A stretch of DNA of 64,000 bases from an uncultured Verrucomicrobiae bacterium (GTDB lineage Bacteria > Verrucomicrobiota > Verrucomicrobiia > Chthoniobacterales > Chthoniobacteraceae), in the NCBI GenBank assembly GCA_963836755.1, contig CAWIKF010000002.1, forward strand, positions 608,001 to 672,000, given 5' to 3'. This document shows positions 48,353-57,893 of the stretch, piece by piece; the first letter of the stretch is position 1; every line of letters begins with the position of its first letter. Both the position numbers and the translations under genes were made by a program. The notes beneath the pieces are model-generated. The model had not been told where the DNA came from and ran no database searches. It saw nothing but the letters and a program-made list of their open reading frames with translations.

Positions 48353-50767
48353 ATGAAATTCCACAACACCTCGTCTCTCCTCCGCCCGTTGGCATTGAGC
48401 CTCCTGCTCGGCGGTCTTTGCTTACCCTCAACGCTTGGCGCCAAGGAGGCTGTCGATTATGTCGATCCCTTCATCGGCACCGGCCACATGGGCAAGGATT
48501 TTCCCGGCGCTACCGTCCCGTTCAGCATGGTGAAGCTCAGCCCTGATAATGGCGGGAGCATCAGTTATCGCTACGGTGGCAAGTTCATCCAAGGCTTCAG
48601 CTTCACCCACTTGGGCGGCGCGGACGGCGGTGAGCTGGGCAACGTCCTCGTGACCCCGACGACGGGTCCGCTGAACACCTTCTGGGGCGGAGGCAAACCC
48701 GGCGAGCGCTACGGTTCGAATTTTTCAAAATCGACCGAGCAAGCGAGCGCAGGATATTACGCCGTCACACTCGACGAGTATCAGGCGCGTGCCGAAATGA
48801 CCGTCGCGCCGCACAGCGGCATCCTGCGATTCACGTTCCCTGAGAACGCGCAGTCGCGCATCCAGATCGACCTCTCACACCGCAACGGCGGCACGTCGTT
48901 CCACCAGACCTGCAAAGTGGTGGATGACCACACGATCGAAGGCCAGATTGACTGCACACCGGCCGGTGGAGGCTGGCACTGCACCTACACAGCTTATTAC
49001 CACCTGGAGTTCAGCAAGCCCTTCATCAAGTCCGGCATGTGGAGCGCCACGCTGCCGCCGGATTGGATGGCCCCTGGTTTCAAAATGAGCCGGACCACCA
49101 ACACGAGCAGTGCTTCCTTTGTTGCTGCCTGCAAGGCCGCGAAGGTGACGCCGGAAGCGAAGGAAATGGAAGGCACACATATCGGTTTCTATACGGAGTT
49201 TCCGACAAAGGCCAACGACACCGTGCTCGTCAAGGGCGGCATCTCCTTCGTCAGCCTTGCAGGCGCCCGTGCGAATCTCGCCGCGGAAATTTCCGACTGG
49301 AACTTTGACAACGTCCATCAGCAGGCACGCGACGCCTGGTCAAAAGAACTGGGTCGGCTCGCAGTGGAGGGCGGCACCGAGGACAACAAGACTATTTACT
49401 ATAGTGCTCTCTACCGCGCCTTGCAGTTCCCGCAAATCGATCAGGACGTGGATGGGAATTATCGCGGCGGCGACTTCAAGCCGCATCACGCCGATGGCTT
49501 CACCAACCGGACGATCTTCAGCGGATGGGACGTTTACCGCAGTGAATTTCCTTTGCTGACATTGATCGATCCCACCGTAGTCAACGACCAGATCAACAGC
49601 ATGCTCAGCCTGGCCGAGACTAACGGCACCCACTATTACGACCGCTGGGAAATCATGGGTTACTACAGCGGGGTCATGATCGGCAATCCGGAGGTCGCGA
49701 TCATCAACGACGCCTACCAAAAGGGGATCCGCAATTTCGATATCGCCAAGGCCTATGAGGATTCGGTCAACTCGGTGCAGAAATTTGGCTACGCGCCCAC
49801 CGGCTACAATCCAGGCAACATCTCGGAGACGACCGAGTATGGGCTGGATGACTGGAACCTCGCGCAACTCGCCGCGTCACTGGGCAAGAAGGACGACGCG
49901 GCGAAATATCACCAGCTCTCCAGCTCCTATAAGCAGATCTTTGATCCCGACGTGCCTTGGACCTACGACCCCGCTGGCAAGGACGCCAAGCCGGAATGGA
50001 AAGGCTGGTTCCGCGCCAAAGACGCCAAGGGCAACTTCGTGAAGTGGACCGGCCTGCTCGAGGAGGGAACGACGCGCGAAGCGACCGTCTACCAAGCCGG
50101 CTGGACGGTCTATTACGACGTTCCCGGCATGATCGAGCTCGACGGCGGCAAGGATCTTTTCGTTGCCAAGCTGCGCGACTTCTTCGAGCGCACGCCGGAC
50201 TTCAGCACTTGGAGTCCCTACAGCGGCATCCCGCATCCATACCACGCAAGGGGCCAGGAGCCATGGTGGAACCCTTATAACAATCCGGTCAATGAACCGA
50301 CCGAGCTGATCTCCCTCTTGTTCAATCGCGCCGGCGCGCCGTGGCTGACGCAGAAATGGGTGCGCGAATCGATGAAAGTCTACCTCACCGGCCCCGAGGG
50401 CTTGCCGGGCGACGACGATTGTGGGCAGATGTCCGCTTGGTATGTCTTCGCCGCTATCGGGCTGCACCAGATCTGCGCAGGCGATCCCCGCTTTGAGATT
50501 TTCACGCCACTGTTTGACAAGGTCACGCTCACGCTCGACCCGAAATATACGAAGGGCGGCACCTTCACGATCACGACGAAGAACAACTCATCCAAAAATA
50601 TCTACATCCAGTCGGCGACCTTCAACGGCAAGCCATTCAACCGGTGCTGGCTGAACTACTCCGAGATCGCCGCAGGTGGGCAGCTCGACTTGGTGCTGGG
50701 TCCGCAGCCGAACAAAAGCTGGGGCTTGACCGCCGGTGCGCCTGGGCCTGGAAACGGCCCCATGTAA
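48353..50767 (+). CDS. GH92 alpha-mannosidase
   Basis: YVDPFIGT, PGATVPFSMVKLSPD, GFSFTH, FSGWDVYRS, NEP, PGDDDCGQMSAWYVF. Confidence 0.93.
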   Translation: MKFHNTSSLLRPLALSLLLGGLCLPSTLGAKEAVDYVDPFIGTGHMGKDFPGATVPFSMVKLSPDNGGSISYRYGGKFIQGFSFTHLGGADGGELGNVLVTPTTGPLNTFWGGGKPGERYGSNFSKSTEQASAGYYAVTLDEYQARAEMTVAPHSGILRFTFPENAQSRIQIDLSHRNGGTSFHQTCKVVDDHTIEGQIDCTPAGGGWHCTYTAYYHLEFSKPFIKSGMWSATLPPDWMAPGFKMSRTTNTSSASFVAACKAAKVTPEAKEMEGTHIGFYTEFPTKANDTVLVKGGISFVSLAGARANLAAEISDWNFDNVHQQARDAWSKELGRLAVEGGTEDNKTIYYSALYRALQFPQIDQDVDGNYRGGDFKPHHADGFTNRTIFSGWDVYRSEFPLLTLIDPTVVNDQINSMLSLAETNGTHYYDRWEIMGYYSGVMIGNPEVAIINDAYQKGIRNFDIAKAYEDSVNSVQKFGYAPTGYNPGNISETTEYGLDDWNLAQLAASLGKKDDAAKYHQLSSSYKQIFDPDVPWTYDPAGKDAKPEWKGWFRAKDAKGNFVKWTGLLEEGTTREATVYQAGWTVYYDVPGMIELDGGKDLFVAKLRDFFERTPDFSTWSPYSGIPHPYHARGQEPWWNPYNNPVNEPTELISLLFNRAGAPWLTQKWVRESMKVYLTGPEGLPGDDDCGQMSAWYVFAAIGLHQICAGDPRFEIFTPLFDKVTLTLDPKYTKGGTFTITTKNNSSKNIYIQSATFNGKPFNRCWLNYSEIAAGGQLDLVLGPQPNKSWGLTAGAPGPGNGPM

Positions 50768-50872
50768 CCTTTAGAGTCGGTTCTATGACCGAAGGAAGGA
50801 TGCTGCAAAGATGCTGCCGATCGTCCAAAAGAAAAGCTGCGCGTGAAGCTATTCGCTTGCATAGGTAGATGG

Positions 50873-51274
50873 TTAGACTCTTTTCGAGAAGTGTGATCCA
50901 TACTTGGCTCGGCTGCGCCTCAAGTAATCGAGATGATGAGGGATGGCCATGATCTCCTCGTCGAAAATGAAACCGAGGTTGGGTATGTCCCGCTCCTTAA
51001 TGCGAAGAACCTTCCGCAGATCGAATCCGCGCCATTCGCTGAGTATCGCTTCGTATTCGTCGGGATCGATCTGAAAAGGCTGCCAGATCAATCCAGAACC
51101 CATGCCGCCGCCAGCCTTACCTGCGACCAAAACTTCGTTCAACGCTTCCCTCGACGGGACGACGGAAAAATAGAGCGCGTAGGGAATATCCAGGACGAAT
51201 CGATACAATGGATTCTTCTTCGGCCATTTCCACGGCATCAAAAACTCACTTCTCTTGTATTTGATGATTCTCAT
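50873..51274 (-). CDS. Hypothetical protein
   Basis: Plausible protein composition from MRIIKYKRSEF, includes GGGMGSG; no family recognised. Confidence 0.55.
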   Translation of the reverse strand: MRIIKYKRSEFLMPWKWPKKNPLYRFVLDIPYALYFSVVPSREALNEVLVAGKAGGGMGSGLIWQPFQIDPDEYEAILSEWRGFDLRKVLRIKERDIPNLGFIFDEEIMAIPHHLDYLRRSRAKYGSHFSKRV

Positions 51275-51601
51275 CGTCGGCGCATGGTCAGGCGTGGCGA
51301 CTGGAAGCTCATCGGCGTGGACTAATACTTTCTGGAAGCGTCTCTTGTAAGGAAAACGGCTTCGGGGCAAATAGATCAGGCAGAGTAGTCTCGAGTTCCA
51401 GCGTGTTAATAACGAGCGGCTCGGGCGAACGATCCCGAGTTGTCGAAATGTCGCCTCGATAACGCTGCGTCGCGTCGCGAATCGCGTTGCCGTAATCTGG
51501 GACTTGCGCAAAGGCGCCAGCCGAAACAAGGAACAGTAACGCAACGGGTCCTTTCACGGAGTGATGTAGTAACGCGACGTTTTGTCTAAGCGGACGACTT
51601 G

Positions 51602-52090
51602 TTAGCTGCTTTGCAATGTCGGGCTCGATTGTTTGAACACGATGCGTAGATATCCAAGTAGAGTAATCAACGCGACGGCAGCGTAGATGATTACGATCGC
51701 GAAAACGACGTAGGCGCCATACAACCATTGGTAGAACACGGTCATCGCCCACAGCCAATAGCTCGTGCCTGCGCAAAGAATAAGCTCTCCAATCGGTAGA
51801 AGCCATGCCAGACGCTTCCCCTCCGCGCGCCTGCCCACGAGCACAAACAGGAGAGGCCATCCAAATGCGACGATGGTTAGCAGACCCCGCAAGCTGAAGC
51901 TGACATCGGCGATTCCATAGTGGTATTCCGTCTGATCGTCGCTCTGTGGAAAGACGCGCTGCGAAAATCTCTTTGGATGGCTAGGTATGGTCGAAGTGCC
52001 GCTTTGCCGCGAGCACTGGCCGAGTGGCAGGAACAACGCGCACAACAGCGAGATAGCGAGAGCTAGTTTGACCCGGCGGAACGCTTGCAT
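51602..52090 (-). CDS. Hypothetical membrane protein
   Basis: About four hydrophobic segments. Confidence 0.6.
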   Translation of the reverse strand: MQAFRRVKLALAISLLCALFLPLGQCSRQSGTSTIPSHPKRFSQRVFPQSDDQTEYHYGIADVSFSLRGLLTIVAFGWPLLFVLVGRRAEGKRLAWLLPIGELILCAGTSYWLWAMTVFYQWLYGAYVVFAIVIIYAAVALITLLGYLRIVFKQSSPTLQSS

Positions 52091-52147
52091 GGCAGACTAA
52101 GGAACAAAGATCGCCTCCTTTGCAAGCTTGTTCGCTGCGTCGCATGC

Positions 52148-52627
52148 TCAACTACCTCGCTCGATAGGTGGAAAGATTTGTATGGCCATACGCTTAGCCA
52201 TAAAGGCGTCCTGGACCGAGACAGAAACTCCGCGGCGCGCGAGCATTGCGCATAGTTCCCTGACCACGGTGATGGGCAGGACTTTTACGTTCAAACGCTG
52301 CTTGCTCGCATCGTGACCTTGCAGGTAGAAGCGCGGGATTCCTTGTGGAGACCTGGAAGTGCGCTCCACCACGATTGCGATGCCGCCGACATCGGAAGTA
52401 GCCATGGAGAAACGGCTGAACAAGCTGCGATAAGCAATCTCCGACTCGTCGAAGCGGAACCTGACGGAGAGCGCACCGACCCAGAAGAACGATAACAGAA
52501 CTATGGCTGCCGCCAGCAGCTCCCAGCCATCGGGCTGCTTGAAGGTGCATAGGAGACCTAATCCTATGAAGAAGGCCGAGAAGATGCCGAGGATGATGAA
52601 GATCCGCGGGTCGGCTTTGCTGCTCAT
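52148..52627 (-). CDS. Hypothetical membrane protein (two TM segments plus a small soluble domain)
   Basis: Two N-terminal TM helices followed by a beta-rich segment. Confidence 0.6.
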   Translation of the reverse strand: MSSKADPRIFIILGIFSAFFIGLGLLCTFKQPDGWELLAAAIVLLSFFWVGALSVRFRFDESEIAYRSLFSRFSMATSDVGGIAIVVERTSRSPQGIPRFYLQGHDASKQRLNVKVLPITVVRELCAMLARRGVSVSVQDAFMAKRMAIQIFPPIERGS

Positions 52628-52720
52628 GTTGGTAAAGTTGGCGGACTTCCGAGGAGTCCTGCGAGCAGTAGGTCAGTCAGAAAAACCTTAAGTAGCAGGT
52701 GCGTGTGTCGTTTAGCCGGG

Positions 52721-53473
52721 TCATGTATTGAGCGAGCGGTCGGGTTGAAGGCCGAAGGCTTTGCGTTGGGCGGCGTTGGTGGGGTCGCGGTGGGTGAAGG
52801 CTTGGTCGGCGGCGCCTTGGAGGTCGCGGCGGAGGGGGTTGAGGGTGATGTCAACTTCCTGATGGAGCTGGGAGAGGAGTTTGGCGGAGTCCTTCTGCGC
52901 GTCGCTTTGCGCGAAGTTCGCGGTTTTGTAGGTCTCCGCGAGCTGGGCGATGACGGTGATCTCGGTGGCGCGGACGCCGGGGAGGATGTCTTTGGGCGGG
53001 GTGTTGCCGGTGCCGGGGCTTAGCTGGGCGGCGGAGTAAACGGCGGCGGTGTAGAGATCGGCGGTGCTGGCGCTGCTAAGGTTGGCGCCGACGCCGTAGG
53101 CGGCGCGTTCGGGGGCGCCGGAGGGATATTTGCGTCGCGCGCCTTTGACGATGGGATCGAGGCCGATGAGGAGGGCCAGGCGGGCTTTGGCTTCGTCGTC
53201 GGTGCTGTCCTCCGAGGCGACACGGAGGGCGCGAAGGTTATTGATGTAGCCGTCGCAGCGGCCGAGCGAAGCGGTGAGGTTGGTCTGCTTCTCGAGGGTC
53301 CATTCGCGCAGTTCGACAAGAGGCGCAACGTCGACTTTGGCGGCTTCCTGCTGGCACTTGCCGGCGAGGGTGATGTTGTCTTCGACTGCCTGATCGATAA
53401 AGCCGCGTTTGGCTCGTTTTGATGCGGGCGTCGGGGTTGGCGTGGGGTCTGGTGCTGGTGTTGAATTGCTCAT
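52721..53473 (-). CDS. Hypothetical helical protein
   Basis: 250 aa, strong C-ending codon bias, Pro/Thr-rich N-terminus; no family recognised. Confidence 0.75.
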   Translation of the reverse strand: MSNSTPAPDPTPTPTPASKRAKRGFIDQAVEDNITLAGKCQQEAAKVDVAPLVELREWTLEKQTNLTASLGRCDGYINNLRALRVASEDSTDDEAKARLALLIGLDPIVKGARRKYPSGAPERAAYGVGANLSSASTADLYTAAVYSAAQLSPGTGNTPPKDILPGVRATEITVIAQLAETYKTANFAQSDAQKDSAKLLSQLHQEVDITLNPLRRDLQGAADQAFTHRDPTNAAQRKAFGLQPDRSLNT

Positions 53474-53539
53474 TTTGTTGGTTTTTTTAGTGGTTTGCGG
53501 GAGATTTTGCCGAATGGAGGCTTGAGTGATCTTTAAAGT

Positions 53540-53770
53540 GTCCGATTTCTGCTGGAATCGACCCCGGATTGGATTAAATGGATGTCCGATATCGTTTCCT
53601 GGACGTCCGATAGCCCTAAAAGGGTGCCTTTTCCCGTTTCCTCGATGTCCGTTCCGGTTTCAGCGACGCCTGTTCTGGCTTCATCGACGGCCGTTGCGGC
53701 ATAGGCGATCCCGGTTCCGGTCTCCACGATGTCGGTTCCGGCCCCATCGGCGGCCGATCCGGGGTGCGAG
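53540..53770. repeat. Degenerate 21-bp tandem array (~11 units, ATGTCCGTTCCGGTTTCNNCG-like)
   Basis: Units at exact 21-nt steps: 53582, 53603, 53624, 53645, 53666, 53687, 53708, 53729, 53750, with weaker units at 53540 and 53561. Confidence 0.75.
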
Positions 53771-53950
53771 ACGGGTCGGCGAATCGCTCGCGCCGCGTGG
53801 CTGTGTCCGCTCGGGTCCGTTGGGTTGGGTGTCATCTTCGCCGCCTGCCTCGGGATGATGTGCTCTGTTTTTTCGCGGCTTGGCAAGGCTTATTTGGAGA
53901 ACTTTGACCTCGAAGAGTGGGCGCCGCTTTTGGCCGCCGCGCCTGGACGT

Positions 53951-53989
53951 AAAAAAGGCGACGCTGGTTTCCCGACGTCGCCCTTTTTT
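53951..53989 (-). terminator. rpsA rho-independent terminator
   Basis: AAAAAAGGCGACG...CGTCGCCCTTTTTT hairpin with A/T tracts on both sides. Confidence 0.8.
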
Positions 53990-54007
53990 AATGGATGGAA
54001 GGTCCGC

Positions 54008-55690
54008 TTACTTCTGACGGCCTTCGCCGGGGCGATATTCTTCCTGCGCGACCTGGAAGGCTTGTTCGAGGCCGACCATGTCTTCGCCGGGTTTGAGGGT
54101 GTCGAACGCGGCGGCTTCGGCTTTGATGTCTTCTTCGCTGTAGTTGGCAGCTTTGATGGAGAGGCCGATGCGCCGCTCGGTCTTGTCGACTTTGATGACG
54201 CGCGCCTGGACTTCCTGGCCGACTTTGATGATGTCTTTGACTTTGGCGACGTGGTCTTCGCTGAGTTGCGAGATGTGGACGAGGCCGTCAATGTCGTCGC
54301 CCAGCTGCAGGAATGCGCCGAAGGTGGCGAGTTTGGTGACTTTGCCGGTGACGAGGTCGCCGATTTTGTAGCGCTGGTCGATGGCTTTCCACGGGTCGTC
54401 CTCGAGTTGTTTGAGGCCGAGGCTGATGCGCTGGTTCTGTTTGTCGATGTCGATGACGACGGCTTCGATTTCGTCGCCTTTTTTCAAGACTTCGTTCGGG
54501 TGGTTGATCTTGCGGGTCCAGCTGATGTCGCTGACGTGGACCATGCCGTCGATGCCTTCCTCGAGTTCGACGAAGGCGCCGTAGGCGGTCATGTTCCGGA
54601 CTTTGCCTTTGACTTGCTTGCCGATCATGTAGCGGTGCTCGATCTCGTCCCAAGGGTTGGTGTCGAGCTGACGGACGCCGAGGGAGATTTTTTGCTCTTC
54701 TTTGTTGACGCCGAGGACGACTGCTTCGACTTCCTGGCCGACGGTGAGGACGTCGGACGGGCGGGTGATGCGTTTGGTCCAGGAGAGTTCGGAGACGTGG
54801 ATAAGGCCTTCGACGCCTTCCTCGACTTCTACGAATGCGCCGTAGGGAACAAGGTTGGTGATTTTGCCTTTGATGTGGGTGCCAGTGGGGAAGCGCTCTT
54901 CGATTTTGTCCCACGGGTTTTTTTGGGTTTGCTTGAGGCCGAGGGAGACGCGCTCTTTCTCCTTGTTGATGTCGAGGACCTGCACTTCGACAACCTGTCC
55001 GACTTTGAGGAGCTCGCTGGGATGGCCGAGGCGGCCCCATGTCATGTCGGTGATGTGAAGGAGGCCGTCCATGCCATCGAGATCGACGAATGCGCCGAAG
55101 TCGGTGAGGTTTTTGACCGCGCCTGTGACGGTGCTGCCGATTTTGACGGTTTCGAGGAATTTCTGGCGCTTCTCGGAGCGTTCCTGCTCGATGAGTTCGC
55201 GGCGGGAAAGGACGACGTTTTTGCGATCGTCGTTGATTTTGACGATTTTAAAGTCGTAGGTGTTGCCGACGAATTGCTGGAGGTCTTTTGGCGGGATGAC
55301 GTCGATCTGCGAGCCGGGGAGGAAGGCCTCGACGCCAATGTTTACGGTGAGGCCGCCTTTGACGACGGCTTTGACTTTGCCTTTGATGAGGCCGTCGCCT
55401 TGGAAAACTTTTGCGATCTTTTCCCAGTTCTGTTTGTGAGCGGCGCGTTCTTTTGAGAGGCGCACCATGCCGTGATCGTCCTCGAGACGCTCGAGGAGCA
55501 CTTCTACTTCGTCGCCGACCTGGAGGTCGTCGATGTCATCAAATTCTGAGCGGGGGATGACGCCTTCGGATTTATAGCCGATGTCCACGAGGACTTCGCG
55601 CGGGCGAATCTCGAGGATATGTCCTTTTACAATGCTGCCTTCTTTGAAGTCGCGAAGACTTTTCGCGATCAACTTTTCCATTTCAATCAT
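54008..55690 (-). CDS. rpsA: 30S ribosomal protein S1
   Basis: Repeated S1 domains (DIGYKSEG, FLPGSQID, DFGAFVDL, YGAFVE...GLIHVSE). Confidence 0.98.
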   Translation of the reverse strand: MIEMEKLIAKSLRDFKEGSIVKGHILEIRPREVLVDIGYKSEGVIPRSEFDDIDDLQVGDEVEVLLERLEDDHGMVRLSKERAAHKQNWEKIAKVFQGDGLIKGKVKAVVKGGLTVNIGVEAFLPGSQIDVIPPKDLQQFVGNTYDFKIVKINDDRKNVVLSRRELIEQERSEKRQKFLETVKIGSTVTGAVKNLTDFGAFVDLDGMDGLLHITDMTWGRLGHPSELLKVGQVVEVQVLDINKEKERVSLGLKQTQKNPWDKIEERFPTGTHIKGKITNLVPYGAFVEVEEGVEGLIHVSELSWTKRITRPSDVLTVGQEVEAVVLGVNKEEQKISLGVRQLDTNPWDEIEHRYMIGKQVKGKVRNMTAYGAFVELEEGIDGMVHVSDISWTRKINHPNEVLKKGDEIEAVVIDIDKQNQRISLGLKQLEDDPWKAIDQRYKIGDLVTGKVTKLATFGAFLQLGDDIDGLVHISQLSEDHVAKVKDIIKVGQEVQARVIKVDKTERRIGLSIKAANYSEEDIKAEAAAFDTLKPGEDMVGLEQAFQVAQEEYRPGEGRQK

Positions 55691-55831
55691 ATTGAATCAA
55701 TGTTCTGCCAAGCCACGGTTGCCGTTTTGCTTTCGCCCGGGCGCGGTCGTTTGATCGCGCCTAACGCGGGAGAAAGGGGTCGCACAATAGCGCAAAACTT
55801 TCGTGACACAAGTGTTTTGCTGCATTCGTGC

Positions 55832-55872
55832 AAAAAAAACGCCCGGGCCGGTTTGGCAGCCAGGGCGTTTTT
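55832..55872 (-). terminator. Terminator after rpsR
   Basis: AAAAAAAACGCCC...GGGCGTTTTT hairpin. Confidence 0.65.
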
Positions 55873-55898
55873 AAAAAAGGTGAAAGGAGCCTCGCGGC

Positions 55899-56138
55899 TT
55901 ACTTCATTAACAAGACCGACCGCGCGCGCTTGATCTCGCGGGTGATTTTGCGGTGCATGTGCGCGGGCATGCCGGTGACGCGCCGCGGGAGGATCTTTCC
56001 GCTCTCGGTGACGAAGCGGCGAAGGATGTCGGGGTTCTTGTAGTCGATCGCTTCGACGGTGATGTCGATGCGGCGGCGCGGCATCGAGCGGTTGGCGCGG
56101 CGGAACGCCGAGCGGCGCTTGGGTGTTTTCGGTTCCAT
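55899..56138 (-). CDS. rpsR: 30S ribosomal protein S18 (Cys-free form)
   Basis: [26 protein letters not shown]...IKRAR. Confidence 0.95.
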   Translation of the reverse strand: MEPKTPKRRSAFRRANRSMPRRRIDITVEAIDYKNPDILRRFVTESGKILPRRVTGMPAHMHRKITREIKRARSVLLMK

Positions 56139-56140
56139 GA

Positions 56141-56314
56141 TTACTTGGTTTCGCGGTGCAATGTGTGCCGGCGCAGGAACGGGTTGTATTTCTTTTTCTC
56201 AAGCCGGCCGGGCGTGTTGAGGCTCTTTTTGTTGCGCGTCGTGATGTAACGCGACGCGGGTTTGCCCTCGGCTTTCGCTTCGGTGCATTCGATGGTGATG
56301 ATGTCTCTGGCCAT
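56141..56314 (-). CDS. rpmG: 50S ribosomal protein L33 (57 aa, not in ORF track)
   Basis: [57 protein letters not shown]. Confidence 0.95.
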   Translation of the reverse strand: MARDIITIECTEAKAEGKPASRYITTRNKKSLNTPGRLEKKKYNPFLRRHTLHRETK

Positions 56315-56967
56315 TATTCTTTTGCTTCCGCTGGAGTTTCTTCTTCCTCGCCCTCAGTCGCATTGCCTTCCTCATCGGTCAATCCAAAAAGTGAGGTGAC
56401 CGGCTGGCGCGAGCGGGTGAGCTTGCGTTGTTTTTCAAGCTGCGACTGGCAATCGACGGTGTAGCGCGTGAAAGGAATCGCCTCGAGGCGTGCGTGTGGG
56501 ATCGATTTTCCTGACATCTCGCAGACGCCGTAGGTGCCGAGCTCGAGTCGCTTGAGGGCTTCGTCGATTTCGTAAAGCGCGTCCTGTTCCTGCGAAAGCA
56601 GGCTCAGCGCAAAATCGCGGTCATACGCATCGCTGCCGGCATCGGCTTGGTGCATCCCAAATGCGGATGCTTCGCTCCCCTCAGCTCGTGACCGCAATGT
56701 GTCACGCGCGACGCCGGTCATCGAATCGAGCATGCCGTCGCGCAAGGCGAGCAGGCGCTCTTGCTGCCGCTTGAAAAACGGATCTTTCAGCACGACCGGC
56801 TTTTTCGGCGTGACGACTGTGTTGTGATTATTGTGCGTATTCGTGCGCACAGGTTCCGCCTTTTTCTTTGCTGCGGGCTTCGCAGGTTTCGTCACAGCTT
56901 TCACGGGCTTGGCCGCCGCTTTCGCCGTCTTGGCCGGAGCTTTTTTGTGATTCGTCGTTTTCGCCAT
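56314..56967 (-). CDS. dksA: TraR/DksA family transcription factor
   Basis: Lys/Ala-rich N-terminus, HQADAGSD coiled-coil tip, [22 protein letters not shown]. Confidence 0.88.
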   Translation of the reverse strand: MAKTTNHKKAPAKTAKAAAKPVKAVTKPAKPAAKKKAEPVRTNTHNNHNTVVTPKKPVVLKDPFFKRQQERLLALRDGMLDSMTGVARDTLRSRAEGSEASAFGMHQADAGSDAYDRDFALSLLSQEQDALYEIDEALKRLELGTYGVCEMSGKSIPHARLEAIPFTRYTVDCQSQLEKQRKLTRSRQPVTSLFGLTDEEGNATEGEEEETPAEAKE

Positions 56968-57091
56968 AAATGTAAACTGGGGGAGCAAATGATACGCCCG
57001 GGAAAAATTGAGCGCGCATACTTAGCGGCTTTACCAAAGGCGCGCAAGGGGGAATTCCGAAATATTCTTTTCCCGTGATCCGCGCCGGATT

Positions 57092-57886
57092 TCAAGAACT
57101 GGCGCTGGAATAATGGCGTAGCGCAAAATGCCAGAACGCGCGTCCCATTCCGACGCACAACGCAGCGGCGACGCCCATTTGCAGCAGCAGCGGCACGGGC
57201 TGCTCGAATGACCGCATCAACAGCCGCGCCGGAATATTCGCAACGATGATGACCGGGATGAACCAGCTGAAGACAAATTTGAAAACGCCGCGAAACACCG
57301 CGTCCGGATAGCGAGCGATGTTAAACAAGCTGTAGTAACCGTAAATCAAACCTTGCGCTCGGACGATCCAAAACGAAACCGTCGCGAGCGCGAACATGAT
57401 CGAATAGTGAATCGCGACGCCGAGGGAGACGGCGCACAGATAGAGCAGCACCTGCAGCGCGGACGGAACAACATTGAGTTTAACGAGTGAAAACACGACG
57501 ATCGCGATGCCGACGAGGGCATTGACGACGTTGTCCAAACCAAATTGCCGCGTGGAAACCGCGAACTGCGCATCGACCGGCAGCAGCAGCATGAAATCAA
57601 GCCGACCGGTCCGCACCAACTCGGGAAGATTCGCGACATTCACATAAAAAAAAGCCTGGAAAATCTGCCCGATAAGCTGGTGCGTTCCGACGAGCAGCAC
57701 GACCTCCCATTTGGACCAGCCGCCGATTTGGTTCACATACATGAACATCACCTCGATGAAAACAATTTGTCCCACAAACCATAACAGCTCGGTGAACATC
57801 CAAAGAATGAAGTTTGCCTTGAAACTCATCTCTCGAATCACGGAATTCCGCAGCATGATCCAGTAGATTTCGAGGTAGCGTTTCAT
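57092..57886 (-). CDS. ABC-2 family (DUF990-like) transporter permease
   Basis: IGGWSKWEV, VRTGRLDFMLLLP, ARYP, YSSASS C-terminus. Confidence 0.88.
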   Translation of the reverse strand: MKRYLEIYWIMLRNSVIREMSFKANFILWMFTELLWFVGQIVFIEVMFMYVNQIGGWSKWEVVLLVGTHQLIGQIFQAFFYVNVANLPELVRTGRLDFMLLLPVDAQFAVSTRQFGLDNVVNALVGIAIVVFSLVKLNVVPSALQVLLYLCAVSLGVAIHYSIMFALATVSFWIVRAQGLIYGYYSLFNIARYPDAVFRGVFKFVFSWFIPVIIVANIPARLLMRSFEQPVPLLLQMGVAAALCVGMGRAFWHFALRHYSSASS

Positions 57887-57893
57887 CGCGCGA

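Noticed and set aside
27403..53770. CRISPR or TIGR-type interpretation of the 21-bp arrays
   Set aside because: No identical repeats with spacer-length unique inserts, the period is too short, and no cas or Nop-domain gene is recognisable.
53729..55456. 575-aa plus-strand ORF
   Set aside because: Antisense shadow of rpsA caused by its codon bias; no independent protein features.
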